Positions 52,082-63,900 of a DNA stretch of 64,000 bases are shown here, piece after piece. The first letter of the stretch is position 1, and each line of letters starts with the position of its first letter. Location of the stretch: NCBI GenBank assembly GCA_963822585.1, contig CAWGIE010000047.1, forward strand, positions 64,001-128,000. Direction: 5' to 3'. The translations under genes and the position numbers were made by a program. The notes under the pieces are model-generated. The model was not told the DNA's origin and made no database searches. It saw nothing but the letters and a program-made list of their open reading frames with translations. The DNA comes from an uncultured bacterium. Its GTDB lineage: Bacteria; Auribacterota; Erginobacteria; Erginobacterales; Erginobacteraceae.

Positions 52082-52825
52082 ATGAAACAAGGAGACAAAC
52101 CGGCGCTGGTAGGGATTGTTCCCCGCAAGGAGCTGTGGCCGATTATCCGTAAAGAGCGCTGGTATCACATCCCGGTTGCCTCCGCTCCCTCAACCATCAA
52201 GACTATCCGCTATCTGGCCTTTTATTTTCCTGCCGTCTTTGGCAAAGAGTTTCAATATAAGGTGTTCTACTACTCGCCGGTCCGGGGAATAGCTATCGTA
52301 AAACGGATTCAGCTTTTCCCCGATGAGCCTCACCATCCCCGCGCAAACCAGGATTACTATAAGCTTCTCTTGGGAGGGATATATAAACTTCCCCGACCTA
52401 TTCCCAGCAAACGGTTGCGGAGAATAGTTCATATCCCGTCAACATACGGAAAACTCATGGGCGCCCATGAGATCAATGACCTCTATGAGACCAGCCCTCT
52501 GGAAGACGCATTGTATCAGGCCCTCAAACGAGTGAAGATCCAGCCCGAACGGCAGTTCTATGTAAAAGCAGGGGAGAAGATGTACTGTCTTGATCTCTGC
52601 GTCTTTTGCCAGGAACGGAACATCGATATCGAGTGTGACGGGGAGAGATACCACACACTTCCTGACGCACTTTCCCGGGACAGGGAAAGAAACAACGAAC
52701 TCGCCAGCCAAGGCTGGTCGGTCCTCCGTTTCACAGGCACGCAGATCAAAGAAAACCTGCCGGATTGCCTTAAACTGATCAATAAAACCATCCGCACCAA
52801 CGCCGGCCCGGCAGGTGTTGATTGA
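52082..52825 (+). CDS. DUF559/Vsr-like endonuclease with N-terminal PUA-like domain
   Basis: SPLE..LY, QFYV, IDIECDG..YH...DRERNNEL..GWSVLRF; N-terminal WYHIP. Confidence 0.78.
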   Translation: MKQGDKPALVGIVPRKELWPIIRKERWYHIPVASAPSTIKTIRYLAFYFPAVFGKEFQYKVFYYSPVRGIAIVKRIQLFPDEPHHPRANQDYYKLLLGGIYKLPRPIPSKRLRRIVHIPSTYGKLMGAHEINDLYETSPLEDALYQALKRVKIQPERQFYVKAGEKMYCLDLCVFCQERNIDIECDGERYHTLPDALSRDRERNNELASQGWSVLRFTGTQIKENLPDCLKLINKTIRTNAGPAGVD

Positions 52826-53012
52826 CCTGAGCTATTAATTGAATTTCCGGAGAAAGAGTCTCCGGGAACTGGGAGAGGAACTGGGAGGAATAAGCGCCGG
52901 CGGTTTAACGCATACTCATCAGCGGATACAGAAAAAAATGAAGAAGGATTAAAAACTTTCTCGCCGGGTAACCCGGATTTATCAAGAGATAATCAGTCAA
53001 TAGTCTGACCCT

Positions 53013-53963
53013 ATGAAAAAAGAGAATTGTACAATATGCGGGCAGAAAAAGGGTAAGCGCATGTGCGTGTTGCGTGGCCGGAGAATGATTTGCACATTAT
53101 GTTGTGCTGAATTACGAAATCCGGATTGTGGGGAGTGTCCGCATTACGAGGCGTCGCAAAGATATGCCAGGTCAAAAACAGCCACGCATCAACCGGGGCA
53201 TTTTATCGTGGAGATTGATCCGGAAGTTGAGGAGGCCGTAGACCGTGCGCTGGCGCTGGTTGAACAAGGGAAGCTAAAAGTAGGAGAGGCGATTATCTCC
53301 GAACTAAAGGAAGATCACCCGGAAAATCACATGGTAAATTACGCGATGGGCGTCGTGCATGGTTTGAAGGGTGAGCACGACGAGGCCATCGAATATCTCG
53401 ATAAAGCCGTTTCCATTTTCCCCTATTTTATTGAAGCCCACTTCAATAAGGCTGTCGCCTACAAGTCAAAATTTGATTTGTTAAACACAATAAAATCATT
53501 TCGGCGAGTTGTGGAGCTGGGTGAGCCCGGAGACGATCTTGTCCGACAGGCTCAGAATCTTATCAGCGACATGGAGCGAAGCATAAAAAAAACGGATGGG
53601 ATAGATCTGGATTCATATATTGAATGCGGTGAGATGTTTAATGAGGCGTGTTCCTTGATGGAAAAACGGGAATGGAAGAAAGCTATTGCCGGGTTCCATG
53701 CTTGTTTACGCACAAGCAAAAGACATGTTCAGAGTTACGGGAATTTGGGGATTTGTTACGCGCAAATAGGCCAAAAGGAACCGGCCATCAGAGCCCTTGA
53801 TAAAGCGATCCAGTTGGACCCAACCTATGAACCAGCATTAACTAATCGGATGATAATCGAGGCCCTTGATGAGGGAGAACAATTGGGGAGGGAAGTTGAA
53901 ATTGTTGAGTATTACACGGAACGGTTTCTAAATAGGAGAAAAGACAGGCTTACCCCCGAATAA
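53013..53963 (+). CDS. TPR protein with Cys-rich N-terminus
   Basis: CxxC cluster; TPR consensus (YGNLGICYAQIG..AIRALDKAIQLDP). Confidence 0.8.
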   Translation: MKKENCTICGQKKGKRMCVLRGRRMICTLCCAELRNPDCGECPHYEASQRYARSKTATHQPGHFIVEIDPEVEEAVDRALALVEQGKLKVGEAIISELKEDHPENHMVNYAMGVVHGLKGEHDEAIEYLDKAVSIFPYFIEAHFNKAVAYKSKFDLLNTIKSFRRVVELGEPGDDLVRQAQNLISDMERSIKKTDGIDLDSYIECGEMFNEACSLMEKREWKKAIAGFHACLRTSKRHVQSYGNLGICYAQIGQKEPAIRALDKAIQLDPTYEPALTNRMIIEALDEGEQLGREVEIVEYYTERFLNRRKDRLTPE

Positions 53964-54033
53964 ATTGTCAACGGTTGAAAGCCGGAGGCGCCTTTCAACA
54001 ATTGCCGGCGGAGTTGCCCTTGGCCGAGGGAAA

Positions 54034-54468
54034 ATGACCGAACCAGAGAACATACAGGACGCGATCGCGAAATACGGCGCGGAAAGGCTGACCGAACTCA
54101 TCCTGGCGAAATTAGGACCGGAATTGGCCAGGAAGTTCAATGAGGTCGACCTGGACACCGAGGGGATCATCCGATATATGCCCCTGGGTCAGGAGATCAG
54201 AAAGGCCAGGGCGGGAAAGCGGTTGAGCATCAAGGAAGCTTCCGCGGCCTTGAAGATCCCCCAGTACAGGATAAAAGCGATTGAAGAAGGCCACTTTTCA
54301 CAGATCGATCCGGAATTATTCAAGATTTACGCGAGCTTTCTGGGAATCGGAGATTACGTTAAAACCTGGTCCGGGGAAAACACCGAACTCGCGGAAAAGC
54401 TGGGAATAAGCGGCCGGAAAGAGAAGCTGCCGCCCCGACGCTTCCGATCGCGTAAACGCGGCGGATAA
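54034..54468 (+). CDS. XRE/RodZ-type HTH protein
   Basis: LGQEIRKAR....LSIKEASAALKI...IKAIEEG. Confidence 0.72.
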   Translation: MTEPENIQDAIAKYGAERLTELILAKLGPELARKFNEVDLDTEGIIRYMPLGQEIRKARAGKRLSIKEASAALKIPQYRIKAIEEGHFSQIDPELFKIYASFLGIGDYVKTWSGENTELAEKLGISGRKEKLPPRRFRSRKRGG

Positions 54469-54538
54469 GGAAACACATTGAGCCGCTGCCGATTCGGCTT
54501 CAAGGCAATAAACGTTCGGCCATTGCCGGATTTTGACT

Positions 54539-54943
54539 ATGAGCGAACCGTTGATACCCGATGCGCTTTTTAACCCGTGCCCGGTGCACGATGGAGACGA
54601 ACTCTTCCCGAATGGGATTTTCGTATTCAATGTTACCAGGATGCTGGAGTATATCGGCAACAACCTTGCCGATGTCGATCCTGTCGAGGTCACCGTGAGC
54701 GATCTCGCCCAGGGATTATCGTCTCTGAAAGAGCTGTATGTGCAGTCCGTTGACATCAGTCGGCCGGTCGTGCTGGCGGAAATCTCGCCCGGACAGTACA
54801 ACCTGATTGGCGGGCATCACAGAGTCACGAAGGCGTCGCGCCAAGGGGTGAAGGCAATCCGAGCGTACAAACTGACGGTTCGGCAGCATAAAAAGGATCA
54901 GGGTCACACCCTAAATACTAAGTTTGAGGATAATTGGGAATAA
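54539..54943 (+). pseudogene. ParB/Srx-like protein, 3' end replaced by repeat
   Basis: PVVLA...YNLIGGHHRV.KA; last 14 codons derive from the repeat at 54897. Confidence 0.5.
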
Positions 54944-55104
54944 ACCGTGTTATCGTGTTGCGCACAAGTCATTGATAAAGATCAGTCAGCGGCTTAATAA
55001 TGTACATGAATGAATTGGAAAAGATCAGCAGAGAATAGGTCAATTGTGCCCGTGGAGGGCCAATCGCTCTACCTGGAACTTATTATTTAGGGTGTGACCC
55101 TGAT
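54897..55104. mobile_element. About 210-bp MITE/REPIN-like element with 28-bp terminal inverted repeats
   Basis: ATCAGGGTCACACCCTAAATACTAAGTT on + and ATCAGGGTCACACCCTAAATAATAAGTT on -; AT-rich interior. Confidence 0.7.
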
Positions 55105-55429
55105 TCTTCTCGAAGAGTTTCCGGAAGGCATTCTTGAAGTCCTCCCCCTCGATCAGGCCGAGTTTCTGCCCGGCCACGGACCCCATCAGGGTGAGGGCGA
55201 GGACATCTTTCTTCGAGAAGGGCAGGGGAGGGAGCCTGTACCCCGGCATCAGGGAGTAGCCCCCGTCCGGTCCGGCCCCAGCCCGGACGGGGAAGTCGCC
55301 GGAGAGGGCGTCGATATCCCGATAGATCGTCCGGACGCTGACCTCGAACCTGTCGGCCAAAGCCTGCGCCGTGACTTTTTTCTTATCATCAAGTGTGAGC
55401 AGAATCCCCAGCAGCCTGTCCGCGCGCAC
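55105..55429 (-). pseudogene. YafY-type HTH-WYL regulator, WYL domain lost
   Basis: MRADRLL.ILL, LADRFEVSVRTIYRDIDAL, GGYSL; cut at the inverted repeat. Confidence 0.8.
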
Positions 55430-55837
55430 ATTCCACCTCCTGAGTAAACGCCAAATCTATTCTACCCTCCCTGACACCTACTGTCAGTATGAATAAATTA
55501 GGAGGACGGTCTTTACTTTTTAACTTTCTCGCTTTCGCGCGAAAGCGAGAAAGTGAATTAAGGCTTAGACTAAACAATTTCTAACGCAGCCTTCTGAAAA
55601 TCCCGGACGAAGGAGATCAGGTCATCATTTGAGCTGTTCACTTCCGAACCAAAGAGCCGCGGCCAGCCGTCAGCCGGAATCTCCCGGCCTCCCACTCCCT
55701 TATTGGACAAAAGAGGCTTTGCCTTATTTGTCCAACAAGAAACGAAGACAGATGCTCCATTTCTACCGCCGGGAAAGATTCCCCCTTTTTTAACTTTCTC
55801 TCTTTTCCTCACGAGGCGGACAGGCAAGAGCTTGGCG

Positions 55838-56102
55838 CACAGACAGGAATGTCTGTGCTACCTTGGCGGACAGAACCACCCTGACACACAGACAGGAATG
55901 TCTGTGCTACCTTGGCGGACAGAACCACCCTGGCGCACAGACAGGAATGTCTGTGCTACCTTGGCGGACAGAACCACCATGGCACACAGACAGGAATGTC
56001 TGTGCTACCTTGGCGGACAGAACCACCCTGACACACAGACAGGAATGTCTGTGCTACCTTGGCTCACCCCCCCGGCGCACAGACAGGAATGTCTGTGCTA
56101 CC
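55838..56102 (-). repeat. Tandem array of 6 REP-like palindromes, mostly 49-bp period, opposite orientation to the other arrays
   Basis: CACAGACAGGAATGTCTGTGCTACC at 55838, 55887, 55936, 55985, 56034, 56078. Confidence 0.92.
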
Positions 56103-56551
56103 TTGGGAGCGAAGCGCGAAAGCGAGAAAGGCCCGGCGGCGTCTATTGGCGATGAAATCGTATCTTTGCCGCAGCCGGAATTTCGTGGGGGGAGGGGGGA
56201 TGTGCTTTTAATATATGACAAAAATTGGGCCTGAATCCCTCGACAAATCAATAATTCAAGCTAAAATGTGCCACCCCGAAAAGCTTCACCTCGGGGCAGG
56301 CTGTGGCACATTTTTGTGTAAAAGAAGAACAGGGAATGTCAGAAAAAATCAGATCCACCTCTCAAATGATAAGTCTATGAAGTAGTTTCTCTCGAACCCC
56401 CAGGACCGACCGACAGAACCGAGTTATTCCCTGAGCCGGCGGCATTATCGACAACATTAAAAACGGTACAAATGGTACGAATCTCTCTTTATTTTTGTAC
56501 CGTAGTGAGTTATAATCCTCCTTAAATTAGAATTAGAACGGGAGATTCATC

Positions 56552-59500
56552 ATGATAAAACCTAATCCTTTTACCCCTCGATCCGGTCGGGAACCAAAAT
56601 CCTTTCAGGGGAGGAGAAACCAGATAGAAAACTTCAAGAAGCAAACATGCGGCAAGACCGGGTACCGGGAGGTTATCTTTAAACGTTTATCACTGGCGGC
56701 GCGCGCCGTGATAGTCGCGATAATCGCACTCCTTGTCCTTTTACCGGCGAGCCCGGCTCTCGCGGGAGTGGATTGGGCGGAGAACGGTGAGTTGCTGCTC
56801 GGATTTTCCTTCCTGAATCCGCAGAAGCCGGTCGTCGCGCCGATGTCCGACGGGGGAGCGGTCTTCGTGTGGGAGAACCTGGATGATAATAGTATTTACG
56901 CGACCAGGCTGGACGCCGACGGCAACGAGATGTGGTACTGGCCGGTGCGCGAGATAGCAGGTCTTGAAGCGTCGAATCCGCAAGTAGCCGTATTCGACGA
57001 CGACTCGATCGTGGTCACCTGGCAGGACAAACGCAACGGCAACTGGGACATCTACGCGCAGAGGATGTTATCCGACCACACCTGGGTATGGCCGGAAAAC
57101 GGAGTCGAGGTGCGCCGCCTGGCGGGGAGCGACGCGATCAACCCGCAGATCGTGCAAGGCACGTGGGGATCCACGATCACCTGGCAGGATACGCGCAACG
57201 GACAGTCCGACCTGTATGCCCAGCAGCTGGACCTGGATGGTAACCCGGCCTGGGCGGCAAACGGGATCGTGGTGCGGGGGGTCGCCGGCAGCGACGCCAC
57301 CGACGCGAAGATAGCCACCGACGACCAGGACGGCGCCATCCTTACCTGGGCGGACGGGAGGAACGCGGACATCGGCATCTACGCCCAGTGGGTGGATTCC
57401 GCGGGAACTCCGAGGTGGACTGCCAATGGCATCGAGGTTCGGGTCATGGTAGGCACCGCGGCGGCATCCCCCCAGATAGGGCCCGACGGGGAAGGGGGCG
57501 CGATCGTCACCTGGCAGGACAACCGCAACGTGCCCACCGGCGGGAACATCGACGTTTACGCGCAGAAGATCTATGACACGGGCGCGGTCGCCTGGACGGC
57601 CAACGGCGCACCGGTCCGCGTCATGACGGGCAGCGATTCCGGGAGCCCCGTGATAGCGACCGATGACAGTTCCCGGGCGATAGTCGCCTGGCAGGACAAC
57701 CGCAACGGCGTCCTGGATATCTATGCGCAGATGCTCAGCCCTTCCGATGGTTCGCCCATGTGGGCTTTAAACGGAGTCGGGGTGCGCGTGCTCACGGGCA
57801 GCGGCGACGCGCTGCCACCCGTCATCGCCACCGACGGCCAGGGAGGCGCGGTCATCGCCTGGCAGGACGAGCGCAACGGCGGGAACAAGGATATCTACGC
57901 CCAGAGAATAGACTCTGACGGCGCGCCGCTCTGGACCCCGGCGGAGGGAGTTCCGGTGCGGGTAGTAGCGGGGAGCGACACAGCCGACCCGTACATAGCT
58001 CCCGACGGCTGCGGCGGAGGTGTCATCGCCTGGCACGACGCTCGCGGCGGTGATTCCAGGCTCTACGCGCAGCGGGTCGTTAACGATGCACCGTCGGTGA
58101 CCGGCGTGGAACCGGACCATGGTTTTGACGACGACGTTACCTCCGTGACCGTTTCGGGCGACTGGTTCTATCCCGGTGCCCGGGTGGGGCTCTCGATGGG
58201 CGGGCAGACTGACATCGACGCGACCAACGTGAACGTCACCTCCAGAAACCAGCTCACCTGCGATATCTACCCGGATTTCGCCCAGCCGGGCATCTGGAAG
58301 CTCCACGTCACCAACACCGACGGGCAGACCAGCTCCGAAGACGTCGATTTCGAGATCGAGTATGCGGCCCCGCTCGTGAATTGGATAAACCCCAGCGTGG
58401 GGAACCAGGGCGAGGTCCCCCCCACCCTGGTAGTAGATGGCGCGCATTTCAGGGACGTGTCAACAACCATCGAGCTTCGCAAGGGCGCCGAGTTCATAGA
58501 GGCTACCGACGTCACCTTCAAAACCGTCAACGTTATGTGGGCCGACATCAAAATACCCAACGACGCGACACTCGGAAGCTGGGACTGCTATGTCAGGCAC
58601 AACGACACCATGAAGGACTTCACCCTATCCGATGCCTTCACCATGCGCCAACCACAGATCGATACGGTTACGCCTTCAGAAGGTTACGCGGACATTACCT
58701 ATCCCATATCGATCGCGGGCACGAACACGAATTGGACGATGACGACGCTCGAAGTGGACGCGGGCGAGGGAATAACGGTCAGTAATATCGCCTGCCTGGA
58801 CGACGGGCATCTTACCGCCGATTTCATCGTCTCTCAATACCCCGTGCCGGGGCCAAGGGACGTCACCGTTACCGCCGGCATCGTTCCGCAGCTGGTGACA
58901 CTGGGAGGCGGTTTTACCGTGATTCCCGCTTCCGTCACATGGTGCGAGCCAACTTCGGCGGTCCAGGGACAGACCATCAACGTTGACATCGTCGGGAGCC
59001 ACACCCACTTTGTGAACGGCGCCAGCTATGCCAGGCTCTCCGGTACCGGCGTCACCGTCAACTCAACAGTCGTGACGGACGTCACCCATGCCTGCGCCAA
59101 CATCACCATGGCGCCGGATGCCCCGATCGGCGAACGGGACGTCAACGTCTTCACCAATGGCGAAGTGCCCGCACCACTGGCGGGTGTCTTCACCGTCAAG
59201 TCCAGCGTTCCGATCACTCCCACTCCCTCGCCGACCCCACCACCATCTCCGACACCATCCGGGACACCTACGGTGACTCCATCTCCTACGACGACACCTT
59301 CGCCGACGCCGACATCATCTGTAACGCCCACGCCGTCCGTAACTCCAACCCCATCTCTGACCCCGATCCCCTGTGTCTCCCCGCTGATGGTGAAAGAGAT
59401 CGACTATATGGAGATCTTTGACCCCCGCGCGTCCGTTAATAACGGCTGGTTTATCCGGGGGCTGGATTGGCATAATGATACCGACTTCGGCTATATTCCC

Positions 59501-60688
59501 GACAAGTTCAACTTCTGGTTCGACGGCGGCTCGATGTCAGTCGAGAGCCAGGTGATGCTTCGTTTCGAGGAGCAGGCGGAGCCGATCGACATCCGGGATG
59601 GGGACAAGCTCCGGATCGGCTATGATACCTATTATTACATCGACGTCATCCTCCCTGCCGTAAGCGTGGACGGGACGGAACTCTACCTGGGCCTCAACGG
59701 GAACACGTATACCGACCTGGCACTCTGCGTTATCGCCAAGGGGTCTCCCCCGCCGACGCCCTCGGTCACGCCGTCTCCGCCTCCGTCGCCATCACCTACA
59801 GCAACACCGTTGGCCACCCCGTCTCCAACTCCATCCCGGAGACCTACGGTGGCTCCGACCGGTACACCAACGCCGAGGACGACAGCCACACCGCCTCCCC
59901 TATCTACGCCCACACCGACCTGCGGACCGACCGTGGCTCCGGCCCGGTACGTTATCGAGTCGGGAGACTATGACGGCGACGGAACGAGTGAGATCGCCAT
60001 CTTCCGGCCCGGTTCCGGTCTCTGGGCGATCCGGGGGTTAACGCGGACTTATTTCGGAGGGATTGCCGATCTGCCGGCCTCCGGCGATTACAATGGAGAC
60101 GGGATAACGGATATCGCGATTTTCCGGGAAAGCACCGGCCTCTGGGCGGTCCGGGGATTGAGCAGGGCATATTTCGGAACCGTGGGCGAGTTCCCGGTAC
60201 CGGGAGATTATGATGGTGACGGCAGTTGCGACATCACAATCTTCAATGACGTCTCCGGCCTCTGGGCGATCAGGGAGTTCACCCGGATCTATTTCGGGAC
60301 CGGGGGGGACCGGCCGATACCCGGCGACTACGATGGAGACAACACCCGGGAGATGGCCGTCTTCCGGCCCTTATCCGGCCTCTGGGCGGTCCGGGGGTTG
60401 ACCAGAACGTACTTCGGCGGTGATGACGACTGGCCCATTGCCGCGGATTACTCCGGCGACGGGAGCTGTCAAATCGGCATCTTCCGGCCCTGTACCGGTC
60501 TCTGGGCGCTGAGGGGATTGACCCGGAGCTACTTCGGAATATGCACCGATTGGCCCCAACCCGCCGACTATGACGGAAGCGGAGCTGACAGTATCGGCAT
60601 CTTCCGAGGAGCATCCGGACTGTGGGCGGTTCGTGGAGTCACCCGTCTCTACTTTGGAGGCAGCAGCGATATCCCGGTAACCAGATAG
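56552..60688 (+). CDS. Large secreted mosaic protein: WQDxRNG..DIYAQ propeller repeats, IPT/TIG-like domains, Pro/Thr linkers, C-terminal FG-GAP-like repeats
   Basis: Signal-like segment near residues 45-71; about 7 WxDxR...YAQ repeats; PTPSP linkers; six (G/A)DYxGDG...IF...SGLWA.RG.TR.YFG repeats. First ~30 codons look foreign. Confidence 0.82.
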   Translation: MIKPNPFTPRSGREPKSFQGRRNQIENFKKQTCGKTGYREVIFKRLSLAARAVIVAIIALLVLLPASPALAGVDWAENGELLLGFSFLNPQKPVVAPMSDGGAVFVWENLDDNSIYATRLDADGNEMWYWPVREIAGLEASNPQVAVFDDDSIVVTWQDKRNGNWDIYAQRMLSDHTWVWPENGVEVRRLAGSDAINPQIVQGTWGSTITWQDTRNGQSDLYAQQLDLDGNPAWAANGIVVRGVAGSDATDAKIATDDQDGAILTWADGRNADIGIYAQWVDSAGTPRWTANGIEVRVMVGTAAASPQIGPDGEGGAIVTWQDNRNVPTGGNIDVYAQKIYDTGAVAWTANGAPVRVMTGSDSGSPVIATDDSSRAIVAWQDNRNGVLDIYAQMLSPSDGSPMWALNGVGVRVLTGSGDALPPVIATDGQGGAVIAWQDERNGGNKDIYAQRIDSDGAPLWTPAEGVPVRVVAGSDTADPYIAPDGCGGGVIAWHDARGGDSRLYAQRVVNDAPSVTGVEPDHGFDDDVTSVTVSGDWFYPGARVGLSMGGQTDIDATNVNVTSRNQLTCDIYPDFAQPGIWKLHVTNTDGQTSSEDVDFEIEYAAPLVNWINPSVGNQGEVPPTLVVDGAHFRDVSTTIELRKGAEFIEATDVTFKTVNVMWADIKIPNDATLGSWDCYVRHNDTMKDFTLSDAFTMRQPQIDTVTPSEGYADITYPISIAGTNTNWTMTTLEVDAGEGITVSNIACLDDGHLTADFIVSQYPVPGPRDVTVTAGIVPQLVTLGGGFTVIPASVTWCEPTSAVQGQTINVDIVGSHTHFVNGASYARLSGTGVTVNSTVVTDVTHACANITMAPDAPIGERDVNVFTNGEVPAPLAGVFTVKSSVPITPTPSPTPPPSPTPSGTPTVTPSPTTTPSPTPTSSVTPTPSVTPTPSLTPIPCVSPLMVKEIDYMEIFDPRASVNNGWFIRGLDWHNDTDFGYIPDKFNFWFDGGSMSVESQVMLRFEEQAEPIDIRDGDKLRIGYDTYYYIDVILPAVSVDGTELYLGLNGNTYTDLALCVIAKGSPPPTPSVTPSPPPSPSPTATPLATPSPTPSRRPTVAPTGTPTPRTTATPPPLSTPTPTCGPTVAPARYVIESGDYDGDGTSEIAIFRPGSGLWAIRGLTRTYFGGIADLPASGDYNGDGITDIAIFRESTGLWAVRGLSRAYFGTVGEFPVPGDYDGDGSCDITIFNDVSGLWAIREFTRIYFGTGGDRPIPGDYDGDNTREMAVFRPLSGLWAVRGLTRTYFGGDDDWPIAADYSGDGSCQIGIFRPCTGLWALRGLTRSYFGICTDWPQPADYDGSGADSIGIFRGASGLWAVRGVTRLYFGGSSDIPVTR

Positions 60689-60699
60689 AAAACTTCAAG

Positions 60700-60927
60700 A
60701 AGAAAACAGGCGGCCAGACCAGGTACCAGGAGGTCCCAGTGGGAGCCAGGTCCCACTACACCTTCTTCGTACCCGACACCCTCGGGGTGGGTGAAGATGC
60801 GGCCCGCAACTTCTCAGACACGGTGGAGTGCACAAATAACAAGAGAATAATCGTCGAGCGCCCCATATACTTCAACTGCAACGGTGTGTGGACCGGGGGG
60901 GCTGACGTGGTGGGGTTTGAGCCCTGA
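60700..60927 (+). pseudogene. Orphan C-terminal fragment of a surface protein (DUF5719-like)
   Basis: ...SHYTFFV...IIVERPIYFN..GVWTGGADVVGF; no start of its own. Confidence 0.45.
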
Positions 60928-60984
60928 GGGATGCGGGTCTTTATGCTTTGACCTTCGACCCTTTGGAGAAAGGAGATGTCCCAG

Positions 60985-63900
60985 GTGAGAAAAAATAAAG
61001 CCTATCTGTCCACCGGTAGCGCGCATATTGAAAAGGCAAGATGGGTGATCGGCCTTGTCACGGCTATATTCGGAGCCCTCCTTCTCACATTAATCCTTCC
61101 ACCAGGTCCTGCTTCAGCGGCGCCACTGAACTGGTCAGACACCGAGCCGATTAGCTCTTCTCCCATCTGGAGCCTCGCCTGGGACGGTAATGACACCCTG
61201 TACGCCGGATGCAATAACGGCCACGTCTACCAGAATGTTTCGGGGGGAGGTTGGATCGACACCGGGGATACCGGCGGGGGGGTAGTCTGGAGCCTCGCCT
61301 GGGACGGCAATGACACCCTGTACGCCGGATGCAATAACGGCCACGTCTACCAGAACGTTTCGGGGGGAGGCTGGATCGACACCGGGGATACCGGCGGTGG
61401 GACGGTCTGGGGCCTCGCCCGGGACGGTACCGACACCCTGTACGCCGGGTGCGATAACGGCCACGTCTATTCCAGGACTGGAGGGGGAGGCTGGATCGAC
61501 ACCGGGGATACCGGCGGAGGGGCAGTCTATGGTCTCGCCTGGGACGGCAACGACACCCTGTATGCCGGAAGCAATAACGGCCACGTCTACCAGAACGTCT
61601 CGGGGGGAGGCTGGAACGACACCGGGGATACCGGCGGGGGGACAGTAAATAGCCTCGCCTGGGACGGCATAGGATGCCTCTATGCCGGATGCGATAACGG
61701 CCACGTCTATTCCAGGACTGGAGGGGGAGTCTGGAGCGACACCGGCGATACCGGCTGGGGAGCAGTCACTATCCTCGCCTGGGACGGCACCGACACACTG
61801 TACGCCGGAAGCAATAACGGTCACGTCTACCAGAACGTCTCGGGGGGAGGCTGGTGCGACATCGGGGATACCGGCGGTTGGGAAGTTCAGAATCTCGCCT
61901 GGAACGGCACCGATACCCTGTACGCCGGATGCAATAACGGCCAGGTTTATCAGCACCTCTCGGGGGGTGGCTGGAGCGACACCGGGGATACCGGTGGGGG
62001 GACAGCCAAAAGCCTCGCCTGGGACGGCACCGATACCCAGTACGCCGGATGCGGCAACGGCCACGTCTATTCCAGGACGGGAGGCGGAAGTTGGAACGAC
62101 ACCGGGGATACCGGCGGGGGGGCTGTTGAAAGCCTTGCCTGGGACGGCACCGATACCCTGTACGCCGGATGCACCAACGGCCGCGTCTATCAGAACGTCT
62201 CGGGGGGAGGCTGGGTTGATACCGGGGATACCGGCGGGGGGACGGTCTGGGGCCTCGCCTGGGACGGTACCGACACCCTGTACGCCGGATGCGGCAACGG
62301 CCACGTCTATTCCAGGACCGGGGGGGGAAGCTGGAGCGATATTGGGGATACCGGCGGAGGAGTAGTCTGGAGCCTCGCCTGGGACGGCACCGATACCCTG
62401 TACGCCGGAGGCGGCAACGGCCACGTCTATTCCAGGACTGGGGGGGGAAGCTGGAGCGATACCGGGGATGCCGGCGGGGGGGATGTCTTGAGCCTCGCCT
62501 GGGACGGCACCGACACCCTGTACGCCGGATGCCAATACGGCCACATTTATTCCAGGACTGGGGGGGGAGCCTGGAGCGATACCGGGGATACCGGCGGAGG
62601 GGTAGTCTGGAGCCTCATCTGGGGCGACAACGGCACTCTGTACGCCGGATGCGACAACGGCCACGTCTATCAGAACGTCTCGGGAGGCGGAAGCTGGAGC
62701 GATACCGGGGATACCGGAGGGGGGGTAGTCTGGAGCCTCGCCTGGGACGCCGCCCACACCCTGTATGCCGGATGCGATAATGGCCATGTCTATCAGGACG
62801 TCTGGGGAGCCTGGATCGACACCGGGGATAACGGCGGGGGCAAAGTCCAAAGCCTCGCCTGGGACGCCACCGGCACCTTGTACGCCGGATGCGAAAACGG
62901 CCACGTCTATTCCAGAACTGGAGGGGGAAGCTGGAGCGATACCGGGGATACCGGCGGGGGGACAGTCTGGAGCCTCGCCTGGGACGGCACCGATACCCTG
63001 TACGCCGGATGCGATAACGGCCACGTCTATTCCCGGACTGTAGGGGGAAGCTGGAGCGACATCGGGGATACCGGCGGAGGCAAAGTCCATAGCCTCGCCT
63101 GGGACGACGCCTACGACACCCTGTACGCCGGATGCGAAAACGGCCACGTCTATTACAGGACTGGAGGAGGAGGCTGGAGCGATATCGGGGATACCGGCGG
63201 GGGGACGGTCTGGAGTCTCGCCTGGAACGGTACCGACACCCTGTACGCCGGATGCGAAAACGGCCACGTCTATCATGAAGTTTGGGGACCCTGGGTCGAC
63301 ACCGGGGATACCGGCGGGGGTAAAGTCCATAGCCTCGCCTGGGACGCCAGCGGTACCCTGTACGCCGGCTGCGCTAACGGCCACGTCTATTCCAGGACTG
63401 GAGGGGGAAGCTGGAGCGATGCCGGGGATACCGGCGGAGGGGTAGTCTGGAGCCTCGCCGGGGACGGTACCGACACTCTCTACGCCGGATGCGATAGCGG
63501 CCACGTATATTCCATGACTGGAGGGGGAAGCTGGAGCGACACCGGGGATACCGGCGGGGAGGAAGTCTTGAGCCTCGCCTGGGGCGACAACGGCACTCTG
63601 TACGCCGGATGCGATAACGGCCACGTCTATCAGAACGTCTCGGGGGGAAGCTGGAGCGACACCGGGGATACCGGCGGGGGGGAAGTCTGGAGCCTCGCCT
63701 GGGACGGCACCGACACCCTGTACGCCGGATGCTGGGACGGATACGTCTATTCCGGGACCGGAGTGGGAAGCTGGGTCGATAACGGGGATAGCGGCGGGGG
63801 GGTAGTCTATGGTCTTGCCTGGGACGCGAGCGGCACCCTGTACGCCGGATGCGATAACGGCCACGTCTATTCCAGGACTGGATTGGGGAACTGGGTCGAC

